Source: an uncultured Planctomycetota bacterium (lineage in GTDB: Bacteria > Planctomycetota > Planctomycetia > Isosphaerales > Isosphaeraceae). From it: 64,000 nt of DNA. Positions 44,437 through 54,109 of the stretch are shown here, one piece after another. The notes beneath the pieces are model-generated. The model was not told the origin of the DNA, did not search any database, and saw only the letters and a list, made by a program, of their open reading frames with translations. The stretch lies in the NCBI GenBank assembly GCA_963823665.1, contig CAWGMQ010000008.1:1696001-1760000 (forward strand), written 5' to 3'. How positions within the stretch are numbered: the stretch's first letter is position 1; every line of letters begins with the position of its first letter. A program made the position numbers and the translations under genes.

Positions 44437-45990
44437 TCACGTGGCCTCGACGGGACGACGATCGGCCAGTTCGCCGGGCTCCGGCTCCGGACAGCGGCTG
44501 GACAATCCCAGGTCTTCAACCAGGAGGCGAGAGGTGATGCGAGCCGACTCAAGAATGACCGGAAGCCCGCTTCCCGGGTGGGTTCCTCCGCCGACCAGAT
44601 AGACGGCGTCCAGATCTTCAAACCGATTGCGCGGGCGGAGGTGGAGCATCTGAGAAAGGTTGTGGGCCAGATTGAAGGTAGCGCCCCGGTGGATTTCGTA
44701 GTCGTGGTCCCAGTCGGCCGGGGTGATGATGTGTTCGAAACGGATGCGGCTCTGAACGTCCGTGATCCCGACCTTCTGCAGACGCTTCAGCGTGAGCAAG
44801 CGGAAACGGTCGCGCTGCTGCGACCAATCCACATTCTGATGCTGGTGTGTGACGGGCACCAGGACGTAAAGGGTGCTCATACCGGGTGGGGCGAGCGCCG
44901 GGTCGGTGACGCAGGCGTTCTGGACGTAGAAGGAGGGCGTTTTCGGGAGGACATGGAGGTCTTCGGTCTCACGCAAATTGCGTACGTAGTCCTCATCCAG
45001 GTAGATCGTGTGGTGGCCAAGGTGGTCGTAGCGTCCTTCGATGCCCAGGTAGAGCATGAAGGTGGAGCACGAGAAGCGCTTACGGTTGATCCGACGGTTT
45101 TTCCAGCGCTTTCGCAAGCGGTCCGGCACGAGGCGGGTCATCGCCCGGGCAAAGTCGGCGTTCACGACCAACGCGTCGGCTGGGTAGGTGTGTCTCGCGG
45201 TGCGAACCCCGACGGCCTTGTGGCCGTCGAAGAGGATTTCCATCACTTCTGCTCCGAGACGGATTTCGACGCCCAGCTCTCGGGCGATGCGCGCCATGCA
45301 ATCGGTGACCGCTCCACACCCACCGATCGGGTGATACACGCCATGCTCATATTCGAGGAACGACAAGATGGAAAAGAGACTTGGGCAGCGGTAGGGCGAC
45401 ATCCCGAGGTACTTCGATTGGAATGAGAAGGCAAGGCGAATTCGGGGATCGCTGAAGTAGCGGGCCAACTCTTGATCGAGCGAGAGCCAGGGATGCAAAG
45501 AGGGAAGCATCTCCAGGATCCGTCGCGAGAACAGGTCGCGCCATCCCAGGAAGGGGGTCTCCAGACAGGGCTTGAACCGCTGAAATTTGAGCCGGTTGTC
45601 TTCCATGAACCGGCGAAACGAAGCGGCATCGGCGGGACACAGTGCGGAAATCGCCTGTTTCATCCGGTTGAGGTCAGGCGTGGCATGCAGTTGACCTCCG
45701 GCGCCGAAGATCAGGCTGTACTGAGGGTCGAGCCGGATCAACTCCAATTCGTGCCAGAGGTCCTTGCCGACCGCCCGGAAGATCGCTTCGAGGACCTGGG
45801 GGTAGAGAAAAAAGGTGGGGCCCAAGTCAAATCGGAAACCGTTGGCGGCCAGAGTGGACGTACGGCCGCCGACCTGGGACTGGCGCTCCAGGACCGTGAC
45901 GCGGAGGCCTGAGCGGGCGAGCAACATGGCGGCCGCCAGGCCGCCGGGGCCGGCTCCGATGATCACAATACTCTTGTCCGATTTCCGCAT
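44437..45990 (-). CDS. crtI: Phytoene/diapophytoene desaturase family (CrtI/CrtN-like)
   Basis: [29 protein letters not shown]-terminal [18 protein letters not shown]. Confidence 0.88.
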   Translation of the reverse strand: MRKSDKSIVIIGAGPGGLAAAMLLARSGLRVTVLERQSQVGGRTSTLAANGFRFDLGPTFFLYPQVLEAIFRAVGKDLWHELELIRLDPQYSLIFGAGGQLHATPDLNRMKQAISALCPADAASFRRFMEDNRLKFQRFKPCLETPFLGWRDLFSRRILEMLPSLHPWLSLDQELARYFSDPRIRLAFSFQSKYLGMSPYRCPSLFSILSFLEYEHGVYHPIGGCGAVTDCMARIARELGVEIRLGAEVMEILFDGHKAVGVRTARHTYPADALVVNADFARAMTRLVPDRLRKRWKNRRINRKRFSCSTFMLYLGIEGRYDHLGHHTIYLDEDYVRNLRETEDLHVLPKTPSFYVQNACVTDPALAPPGMSTLYVLVPVTHQHQNVDWSQQRDRFRLLTLKRLQKVGITDVQSRIRFEHIITPADWDHDYEIHRGATFNLAHNLSQMLHLRPRNRFEDLDAVYLVGGGTHPGSGLPVILESARITSRLLVEDLGLSSRCPEPEPGELADRRPVEAT

Positions 45991-46034
45991 CGTGCCTCTG
46001 TCATGCGGAGCTCATGAGGAATGGGTTACCGAGT

Positions 46035-46087
46035 AAATCGTTCAAATCGTTCATTTATCTTGTATGCGAGTCGACGCCAGTCGTCAA
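46035..46087 (-). promoter_or_regulatory. Candidate sigma70 promoter for the crt genes with a tandem 9-bp operator just downstream of the -10
   Basis: Minus strand TTGACG-N17-TACAAG; plus strand AAATCGTTC twice at 46035-46043 and 46044-46052. Confidence 0.55.
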
Positions 46088-46188
46088 CGGCAAGTCAATC
46101 ATTTTTCGAGAGCCAGCGCCTGGCTCGCGATGGCTATTCGCTTTCTGGAAACGACGCCCGTTTGATCGGGGAAATCAGAAAGTCGCGG

Positions 46189-46253
46189 TTGAACCGACCG
46201 GGGGCGGATGCGTACATTCAGTGTTGAACGTCCGAATCGTCCAGCAATCGACG
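46189..46253 (+). promoter_or_regulatory. Candidate promoter of the regulator followed by related repeats
   Basis: TTGAAC-N18-TACATT, then GAACGTCC, GAATCGTCC and CAATCGACG at 46226-46253. Confidence 0.5.
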
Positions 46254-46267
46254 GCGAGTGGACACGC

Positions 46268-47176
46268 ATGCCGGAACTACAATATGTCAGCACGGCGAAC
46301 GTAGCCCGGGCTCTGGGCGTCGGCGTCTCGACGGTCAAGCGGTGGGTGGACGAAGGAATCTTGCCTGCGCATAAAACAGCGGGCGGGCACCGGAAGTTGC
46401 TGGTGGCGGACGTGCTGCGTCTGGTGCGGGAGGGTGATTTTCCTCAACTTGATTTGAGCGAGCTTCAGTTTGCCGCAAAGACGAAGGGGCGCCTCGAGCC
46501 GAAGTCCCTTTCGCAACAACTTCTGTCTGCGCTCAAACGAGGGGACGGAGATACGATTCGGTCGCTCATTCACGGTGCGTATCGGTCGGGCGTTGCGATG
46601 GAGACACTGGCCGACTTCGTGATCGCGCCGGCCATGAACCAGTTGGGGCATGAGTGGGAGGCGGGCCGGATCGAAGTTCTCCACGAGCATCGAGGCACTC
46701 AGCTCTGCGTGTCGGCACTTTACGAGCTCAAATCGGTGCTGGAAACGCAAGCCGATCGAGGTCGGCCGCTGGCGGTTGGCGGAAGTCCGGAGCTGGATTA
46801 TTACGTGCTAGCGAACCTTCTGGCGGAGATGGTTCTGCTTGACGCCGGCTGGCGGGCGACTGACCTTGGCCCGCACACACCGATCAGCTCCTTCCGCCAG
46901 GCGCTCGCGGAGCTTCGACCGCGGCTGTTATGGCTCTCGGTGAGCGAGCTGGTGGATCGGGATCGATTCGTGACGGAGTATCGCGAGCTGTATCAGGAGG
47001 CCGAGCGGGCCAGTGTGCCGGTTGTGATCGGCGGTCGTGCGCTGGGTACCTCGCTCCGTTCGGCCATGCCGTACACGTGCTATGGCGACGGGCTGAGGCA
47101 CCTGGCGGCTTTTGCTCGATCGCAGCACGGGCCTGCGCGTCGTCCGCGACGAGGGCGGCCTGCGGCTGGTTCCTGA
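46268..47176 (+). CDS. CarH/LitR-like regulator: MerR/excisionase-type HTH plus cobalamin-binding domains
   Basis: STANVARALGVGVSTVKRW...KTAGGHR; W-x9-EH motif (WEAGRIEVLHEH); Rossmann segments GWRATDLGPHTP, LWLSVS and VVIGGRA; divergent from the crt genes. Confidence 0.85.
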   Translation: MPELQYVSTANVARALGVGVSTVKRWVDEGILPAHKTAGGHRKLLVADVLRLVREGDFPQLDLSELQFAAKTKGRLEPKSLSQQLLSALKRGDGDTIRSLIHGAYRSGVAMETLADFVIAPAMNQLGHEWEAGRIEVLHEHRGTQLCVSALYELKSVLETQADRGRPLAVGGSPELDYYVLANLLAEMVLLDAGWRATDLGPHTPISSFRQALAELRPRLLWLSVSELVDRDRFVTEYRELYQEAERASVPVVIGGRALGTSLRSAMPYTCYGDGLRHLAAFARSQHGPARRPRRGRPAAGS

Positions 47177-47257
47177 GCAGGAAGCGGGGGGTGGGTCTGG
47201 ACGCGCGATTCGCATGATCAGTAGACCACAGAGGCGGTTAGCCCAATTGGCCACGGC

Positions 47258-47770
47258 TCATCGTTTCTGAGAACCGAAGAGAACCCGGATCGTGTCGATC
47301 GTAAGATATAGGTGGAAATCTTGAGCTGGTAAGGAAATGAATCCGTATCGTTCGTAGAAGCGCTTAGCCTCGGCGTCGATGGCGTCCACTTCAACGGCCT
47401 GAACTCCGAGAAACTGCGAGAGCTCGAGCGACTTCTTCAGTGCGTCGATGAGGAGCTTCTGGCCCAGTCGCTGACTTGCATGGTCTGGTCGACGGCCAAC
47501 CGTCCGAGAAGGATTACCGGGATGGGATGCTTCGGCAGCTTACGCGCGAGCTCCTGAGGTAATTCTTCGAACGCCAGCGCACTGCTCGCGATCGTGTAAT
47601 ACCCCCAAACCCTCGGGTTTTCTCGTTTAATGGCGACATAAGTTCGCCCGAGATTTCGCTTCTCGTACTGGCTGGCGCGCTCGAATAAAGTCGTCGAGGC
47701 ACGACTTCCCACAAGCAAACCCATCGCGTTTTTGGGCGCGGCTTAGGGGCTCTATCAGCCAATCATCCAT
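47258..47770 (-). CDS. GNAT acetyltransferase toxin (AtaT/TacT-like), with two frameshifts near 47690 and 47475
   Basis: Joined frames give FACGKSCLDDFI...GYYTIASS...LPKHPIPVILLGRLAVD...LGQKLLIDAL...VDAIDAEAKRFYERYGF. Confidence 0.8.
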
Positions 47771-48041
47771 TTTTCGCGCCGTGCCGACGAGCGGCCCGCC
47801 GTAACGCGGCGTTGGGCTCTGGCGGATTGTCAAGTAACTTAATAAACCGATCGCGCGCTTCGTTCGAGAGCACGGTCGGCTTCTCTTCGCGGAACGGAAG
47901 CTCTTCTTCCGGGACAACCCGAGCCTTTCGGACGCGAAGCTCGGTGTCGCTCAAGTGCTCGATGATGACGGTTGCGTTAGCAAAATCTCTGGGCAGGGTA
48001 ACCCTACCCTTGGAGTCCGTTGCTCTCGTGTGGATGGCCAT
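47763..48041 (-). CDS. Antitoxin with an AbrB/MraZ-like N-terminus and a DUF1778-like C-terminus
   Basis: TDSKGRVTLP at the N-terminus; LSNEARDRFIKLLDNPPEPNAALRRA at the C-terminus; overlaps the start of the GNAT gene. Confidence 0.75.
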   Translation of the reverse strand: MAIHTRATDSKGRVTLPRDFANATVIIEHLSDTELRVRKARVVPEEELPFREEKPTVLSNEARDRFIKLLDNPPEPNAALRRAARRHGAKNG

Positions 48042-48187
48042 ATTTGTGTCGGCTCCTGAACTTTTGTTACTCGAATGATAGCGGTTGAGGGATTGTGGTC
48101 AAGCGGGATCTACCCACATTACCTTCCGGGGCGAAGAAAGGGCGCTTCCGTTTGACATCCCACTCCTCGGGAAGTCGCTCGCCCTCC

Positions 48188-48209
48188 GTCAGGCTGAAGC
48201 CTGACCTAC
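48188..48209 (-). repeat. REP-like palindrome (GTAG family)
   Basis: Intergenic; the minus strand reads GTAG-GTCAGGC-TTCA-GCCTGAC. Confidence 0.55.
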
Positions 48210-48320
48210 GGTTTCCGGCTGACCCGATCAGGCAACTGGCGGACCGGAGCGGAATGGCTTATCGTGATGCGAGCTTCAAGGGGTCGCAGACGAGCTGAGG
48301 AATCGAGCGAGGCGCGAACG

Positions 48321-48872
48321 ATGGACAAGCACTACAAGCAGATGACCGATTTCCTGGTCGGGATGGGGATCGACGAGCTTCCGCATACGCACAAATCGTA
48401 TCTGGCGCACTTGATCGCCGTGTTCCGGGACCTGGAATCACTGGGGTGCCCGGAGGACGTGTGCCGGGCGGGGATGTTTCACTCGATCTATGGAACGGAG
48501 AAGTTCCAGGGATTCACCTTGCCACTCGAGCGACGGGGCGAAGTGCGTGCCCTGATCGGCGACCGGGCGGAGCGGCTGGCGTATTTGAACTGTGCGATGG
48601 ATCGGGCGTCGTTTGACCGGGCCCTTGAAACGGCCGAGGGGCCGTATCGGATCGTCGACCGCATCACGGGAGAAGCAGTCGAGGTTTCTCGGCCGGAATT
48701 CGACGACCTTTGTCGCGTGCATCTTATCGACTGGCTGGAACAAGTTCCCCGATCGGAAGAGTGGGACTATCGGCGCGCCGGTTATCAGAAGATGGCACAG
48801 CGATTGGGTGGCGAGGCGGAAGAGCGCTTTGAGCGGGTTTACGGCCGGGGTGAAATCGCGATGAGATCGTAG
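48321..48872 (+). CDS. HD-like hypothetical protein (DUF6817-like)
   Basis: PHTHKSYLAHL...CRAGMFHSIYGTE...RALIGDRAERLAY. Confidence 0.7.
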   Translation: MDKHYKQMTDFLVGMGIDELPHTHKSYLAHLIAVFRDLESLGCPEDVCRAGMFHSIYGTEKFQGFTLPLERRGEVRALIGDRAERLAYLNCAMDRASFDRALETAEGPYRIVDRITGEAVEVSRPEFDDLCRVHLIDWLEQVPRSEEWDYRRAGYQKMAQRLGGEAEERFERVYGRGEIAMRS

Positions 48873-48903
48873 ATTTCACGCAGTTCCAAATGGAGATCTT
48901 TTT

Positions 48904-49425
48904 ATGTTCTCGCAACATGGCTCGGTCAACGTCACTCCGGCCAACGTACAGGAGACGGTGAAATTCGACATTCTGGGCGATCGGAAGCTGCAATTCACTG
49001 ATGACGCCGTGTGGTATTTCACCGAGGAAATGATGGTGGTGCCGCTCCCTGCAGTCATCGCCACCGGCATTCTGGTGCGGAACAAGCCGATCTTGTATCG
49101 CGATATCAAATGGGTTGGGCCGATTGTCAAGAGACAGTGGGGGATGCTCGCATTGGGAGTCCTGGGGTTTGCGGGGGGGCTCTACTGGACCCTCGTCACG
49201 TTGCAAAAGGGGCGCGAGGGGGTGATCTTCTGCTTGTTCATACTTGCGTTCTTCGGGATCATCCCACTCTGGATCTTCGTTCAAGGGCGGAGGTTTCTGG
49301 CCATCGCCTCTGACAAGGAGGTGATCAGCTTCCCGATGGACCGGAAAAAGAAGCAGGTTCGCAAGGCAATTGAGGTGCTCAAGCGGTACTGCCCCGGTGG
49401 CCATGTGCGCTGGGAGGTTGGCTGA
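48904..49425 (+). CDS. Hypothetical membrane protein (2 TM)
   Basis: GGAG RBS and two hydrophobic helices. Confidence 0.6.
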   Translation: MFSQHGSVNVTPANVQETVKFDILGDRKLQFTDDAVWYFTEEMMVVPLPAVIATGILVRNKPILYRDIKWVGPIVKRQWGMLALGVLGFAGGLYWTLVTLQKGREGVIFCLFILAFFGIIPLWIFVQGRRFLAIASDKEVISFPMDRKKKQVRKAIEVLKRYCPGGHVRWEVG

Positions 49426-49462
49426 TCGCGAGTCAAACGACAAACTTGAGGAGGCGGCGAAA

Positions 49463-50410
49463 ATGCGTGAGGGGAATCGCCGGAGCTTCATGACGGATTG
49501 CTCGGCCGGGGCCGCGGCCCTGGCGGCACTTTCTGGAGTCGAAGCCGCCGCTGGCAGTTCATCAGAACCAGCGCGCGAGGGGATGTCGTTTCTGTGTGTC
49601 ACGTGCGGGACGCAGTTTTCGGAGACGATGCAGCCGCCGGAGCACTGTCCGATCTGCGAGGATGAGCGGCAGTATGTCAATCCCGATGGGCAGAAGTGGA
49701 CGACGCTTGCGGAGCTGCGGTCGTCACACAAAAACATTGTCAAGCAGGAAGAGCAGGGCCTCTTCTCGATCAACACGGAGCCGCGATTCGGGATTGGCCA
49801 GCGGGCGTTCTTGATCCAGACCGAGAAGGGGAACGTCCTGTGGGATTGCGTGTCGCTTGTGGACGACGCGACGATTGCTCGGGTGAACGAACTGGGTGGA
49901 ATCGCCGAGATCGCGATCTCACACCCGCATTATTATACTTCCATGATCGAATGGAGCCGCGCGTTCGGCGCCGTGCCGATTCACTTGCACGAGGCTGAGC
50001 GGCCGTGGGTAATGCGGCCTGATCCGAGCATCAAATTCTGGACGGGCGCGACTCATGAGCTGCGCGAGGGGCTCAAGCTGGTGAGCACCGGCGGGCATTT
50101 TGAGGGATATCAGGTGCTGCACTGGCCGGCCGGAGCGGGGGGCCGCGGGGCACTCATGGCGGGCGATCAGCCGCAGATCTGCATGGACCCCAAGCAGGTT
50201 AGCTTCATGTATAGCTATCCCAACTACATTCCGCTCAATGGGGCGCAGATTCGCCGCGTGATGGAATGCCTTCTACCTCTGACGTATGACAGGGTTTACG
50301 GGGCTTTTTTCATCCGTGGCAAAGGCGTCATTCCGACCAAGGGAAAGGAAGTTGTGCGGCGGTCGGCGGATCGGTATCTGCGGGCGATCGGGGCGGAGAG
50401 TGGAAAGTGA
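49463..50410 (+). CDS. Metallo-beta-lactamase-fold protein with an N-terminal Zn-finger and a Tat-like leader
   Basis: NRRSFM...AAA leader; CVTCG..CPICEDERQY; GIGQRAFL; ISHPHYY; GGHFEG; AGD. Confidence 0.85.
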   Translation: MREGNRRSFMTDCSAGAAALAALSGVEAAAGSSSEPAREGMSFLCVTCGTQFSETMQPPEHCPICEDERQYVNPDGQKWTTLAELRSSHKNIVKQEEQGLFSINTEPRFGIGQRAFLIQTEKGNVLWDCVSLVDDATIARVNELGGIAEIAISHPHYYTSMIEWSRAFGAVPIHLHEAERPWVMRPDPSIKFWTGATHELREGLKLVSTGGHFEGYQVLHWPAGAGGRGALMAGDQPQICMDPKQVSFMYSYPNYIPLNGAQIRRVMECLLPLTYDRVYGAFFIRGKGVIPTKGKEVVRRSADRYLRAIGAESGK

Positions 50411-50488
50411 GGTGGTCGTCTTCAAGTCGGATTCGCATCTCTCGCAGGACACCAAGAAACTGCCGGCGAAGAATGGGACGCTGCCCAA

Positions 50489-51948
50489 TTACGACGTCTG
50501 GAAAACCGCACTGCGCGACTTTGACGTGCGGCGGAATCGCTCGTGCCTCAACGCGGCTTTTCTGATCGGTTCTCGTTCGGCCATTTCGTCGAGTAGAACC
50601 GAGACGGCTTTGTCCAGTTCTCCGCGGCCGTGGGCAAGTTTGTATCGGATCACGCCGTCGCGGTCGAGAACGTAGATGATGTCTTCGCTGGGAGCTGAGA
50701 AAGCCCATCGAATCTTGCTGTAACTTTCGCTTATTTCCGGGTCCCACCAGATGCGTATTGGAACGTGTTGTTCCTGGATCGCTTTCTGGTATCCGTCGCG
50801 CTGAGATCCGACAACACCCAGGAGCGCGACGGGTTTTCCCTGGACGCTCTCCGCGAGTTGACGGAATCTTGAGAGGGTCTGCTTGGGAATCTGGTCGGGA
50901 GGGATTAATCCGAAGTCGAGGTGTCCGCGAATGTAGAGGACGACGATTTTGCCGCGGTAATCGCTCAGCTTCATGGTGTTGCCGTCGAGATCAACGCCCT
51001 CTATCTTTGCGCGAACTTGCCAACCGACAAACGCTGCAGGCGCGCCAAGAGGAACTTGGCGATGCCCGCGAGGGGCGTCTGAGGAAACTTGCCGCGTCCC
51101 ATGTCAACTTTGACGGTTGCGAAATCCGTGATCACGCGTTGGTAATGCTGGGCCGCCTCATCCTCGAGCTTCTTGGGATCGCTTTTCATGAGTCGCTCCC
51201 TGACATCGAGAGCGATTGCCGCTGGTCCCAAGTACACCGGCTCGGATTTGCCCATCAGTTGCCAGCGGCGGACGTATTGCGCTCGGTTCTCGAGAAGCTC
51301 AGCCAACTGAAAAGTCGCCCGCCCGCGGATCTCGAGCGATGGGCTCGACGCGATCAGCCGGCGCAGGAACGTCTCGGCTGCGCTCGAATGCCAGAAAAGG
51401 ACCGATTTGGGGAAGAGCAGGTCTTTCAGGCCGTCGCTCGTTGCGTGGTCACGAGCCAGGATGGTCAGGGCCGTTTCGGCCTCGGGCCGACGGTTGACGC
51501 CAAATGTGGAGACCAGCCAGATTAAGGCCTTTTCGGCCTTGGCGGTGCGGGGCTCCTTGGTCGCGACCTCGAGCACGCGGCGGGCAAAGCGATCGACGAA
51601 GGATTGATACGTCTTGGCCGGAGGGCCCTCCTTCCTCGCCTTGATTGCATCTCGAACCGCCTTCATGTGCGACTCGTCCGCTTCCGCAAACTCACGGAAG
51701 ATCGCATCGAGGTCGTCGTCCGGCGCGAGGTGGGCGGTAGCGACCGGGGGCGGACTTCGCTCTTGAAGCGGCTTGCCCTGGTCAGGGGTTGGTGTTTGGC
51801 CGGCGGTGAGGCCGGCCTGAGTCGACTTCGATTGGAGTTGTTCGGCCGGATTTGATGCGGTCAGAGGGCAGAACGAGCCCATGACTACTGCGATCAGGAA
51901 CGGGAAGGTGGCGCGGATCGCTGCTGATTGTACCGATGCTTGATGCAT
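50489..51948 (-). CDS. Secreted helical + TlpA-fold protein lacking CxxC, frameshifted near 51006
   Basis: LQRLSVGKFAQ joins IEGVDLDGNTMKLSDYRGKIVVL if one base is added; later IYVLDRDGVIRY...LDKAV. Confidence 0.75.
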
Positions 51949-52134
51949 GTATCACGGACGTCCGGCCGTTTCCGCGAGAGGATGGCTCGCCGCGCACAAC
52001 GCACGACACACTGATACCAACTTGTCAATGCTGGATCAACCGTTGTGTGCTGGCTTTCGCGGTGGCCGACTCGAAATAGAAGAATTCTACCCCGGGCTAT
52101 TTGATGTCGCCCCCGTTGGAGGCTCAAACAAGTA

Positions 52135-53916
52135 TCACGGTTTGGGGGGCACCACCGGCAGAAGGAGATGCGACGGGTGGTCCTTGTCGTGGTAGATGGT
52201 TTGATCGGCGCGTTTCAGCTCGGTGGATTTGCCGAGGGTTTCGCCGGTGTTGGGGTTGCGGTCGTATTTGGGGAATGCTGTCGAGGCGATTTCCAGGCGG
52301 ATCGAATGACCCTTTTTGAAGAGCTGGCTGGTGGTCCAGCAGTCGATCTCGTAGGCGTAAATCTTGGCGGGCTCGATCAAGGTCGGCTTGTTCAGCCCTT
52401 CGCGGAAGCGGGCGCGGACCATGCCGTCACTGAGGCGCTGGGCAAATCCGTCGGGCCAGACGTCGAGGAGCTTGGCGGTGAAGTCGGTGTCTCGGGCGCT
52501 CGATGCGGCGAAGAGCTTCGCGCGGATCGGGCCGGTGACTTCGGTGTCGTCGGCGAGTGGCTCGGTGGTGTAGACGAGCACGTCGTCGCGGCGCTCGACG
52601 GGGCGGTAGTCATCCGGGCCGCCGATCTGGGCGAACGTGGGCTCGGTGATGAACGGGACGGGGCGCGCGGGATCAGAGGAATAGTGGTCGGCGGGTTCTT
52701 CCGCGGGTTCAGAGGACGAGAGTGAGCCGTCGCCGAAGAGGCTGTTGGCGCGGCCCTTACCATGCAGGAAATATTTGACGAACTTGGCCCGAGCGGGCGG
52801 CCATTCTTGCTCGTCGCGCCAGCGGTTGGCGCCCATGACGAAGATGCGCACGGGAGGCTCGCTCAAGATGCCGGTGTCGATTCCTTTGAGCCAATGGTCG
52901 TACCAGCGAAGAAGCGTGCCGGGGAGGTCGATTTTTGCCGTCGGGCCGAAATCGACTTCGCCGAGCTTGGTCGGCTGGGCCGTGACGTTGTGGGGCCAGG
53001 GACCCATGATCAACTTCTGGGATTTGCGGACCTGCTCGGTCGGACCATGAGCGACCATTCCAGCGAAGTTGAGGGGGGTGCCGACTTGTTCGTCGTCGTA
53101 CCAACCCGACAGGTGGAGAACGGGGACCTTCACGCGATCGAATTTGTTCTGGTAGCGCAGGGGCTCCCACCAATCATCGAGCTGGGCGTGCTCGAACATC
53201 TGGCGCCAGTAGGGGAGCGGGCGGCCGACGGCCTCGTCCATGGTCAAGAGGGGCAAGTGGCGGTGGACCTTGTCCCAGGCGACGGCATCGAGGTTCTGAA
53301 GTGCGTGGCCCGATGTGAAGTGATACCAGGAGACGTCCATAGGAATCGGCACGCCGGTGGGCCACTCGACGAACGGGTCGGAAGGAGTGACCATGGTCAC
53401 CATGGCGGTCAAATGCGGGGGCTGCTCGATGGCGGCGAGCCACTGATTCTTGGCGGTGTAGGAACCTCCCACGGTTGCAACCTTGCCGGTCGACCAGGGC
53501 TGGGCGGCACACCATTCGATCGAGTCGAAGCCGTCATGGCCGTCGGCGCGGTAGGGCTCGAAGGTGCCGCCGGAATCACCACGGCCGCGGACGTCGGCGA
53601 CCACCATCACGTAACCCCGCGAGGCGAAATAGCGGAGGCGTTCGAGGCCTTCCTTGTCGCGCGGTGATTTCAAATAGGGCGTGCGGGTGAGGATGACGGG
53701 GAATCGACCGCCCAATTGCGGACGATAGATGTCGGCCGAGAGGGTGACGGCGTCGCGCATCGGGATCCGGACATCGAATTCGATCTTGACCTCGTGGGTG
53801 GGCTTCGACGCCTTCGACGCTGGTTCGTCGGCGTGGGCCGGCGGAGCGGAGGGCAGGAACAGACATGAAAGAACCAGCCAGGGCCTGAGACGGACTGACG
53901 CTTGGGATGCACGCAT
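52135..53916 (-). CDS. CocE/NonD-family (S15) serine hydrolase, secreted
   Basis: IPMRD..LSADIYRP, RTPY, DVRGRGDS, GGSY nucleophile motif, GWYD, GPWPH, PepX_C-like C-terminal domain. Confidence 0.9.
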   Translation of the reverse strand: MRASQASVRLRPWLVLSCLFLPSAPPAHADEPASKASKPTHEVKIEFDVRIPMRDAVTLSADIYRPQLGGRFPVILTRTPYLKSPRDKEGLERLRYFASRGYVMVVADVRGRGDSGGTFEPYRADGHDGFDSIEWCAAQPWSTGKVATVGGSYTAKNQWLAAIEQPPHLTAMVTMVTPSDPFVEWPTGVPIPMDVSWYHFTSGHALQNLDAVAWDKVHRHLPLLTMDEAVGRPLPYWRQMFEHAQLDDWWEPLRYQNKFDRVKVPVLHLSGWYDDEQVGTPLNFAGMVAHGPTEQVRKSQKLIMGPWPHNVTAQPTKLGEVDFGPTAKIDLPGTLLRWYDHWLKGIDTGILSEPPVRIFVMGANRWRDEQEWPPARAKFVKYFLHGKGRANSLFGDGSLSSSEPAEEPADHYSSDPARPVPFITEPTFAQIGGPDDYRPVERRDDVLVYTTEPLADDTEVTGPIRAKLFAASSARDTDFTAKLLDVWPDGFAQRLSDGMVRARFREGLNKPTLIEPAKIYAYEIDCWTTSQLFKKGHSIRLEIASTAFPKYDRNPNTGETLGKSTELKRADQTIYHDKDHPSHLLLPVVPPKP

Positions 53917-54016
53917 CGACCACTCCACAAGGAGACTGTATGTTGCAGTAGGATGAAACGGTTCGGGAATCACTACGCGCATCGACGGCCGGCGCACCGC
54001 GGAGCGGCATGATAAC

Positions 54017-54043
54017 CGTTACCACGCAGAGCGTGGTAACGAG
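54017..54043. repeat. REP-like perfect palindrome
   Basis: CGTTACCACGC-AGA-GCGTGGTAACG (11-bp arms) between divergent genes. Confidence 0.6.
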
Positions 54044-54109
54044 GTTTGGAACGTGGATTATCATCGGGGCGGGCATGCCCGTTCAATGGTGGGGCGAGAG
54101 GAATCGCGC

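Noticed and set aside
48724..49776. 350-aa minus-strand ORF
   Set aside because: Overlaps three better-supported plus-strand genes.
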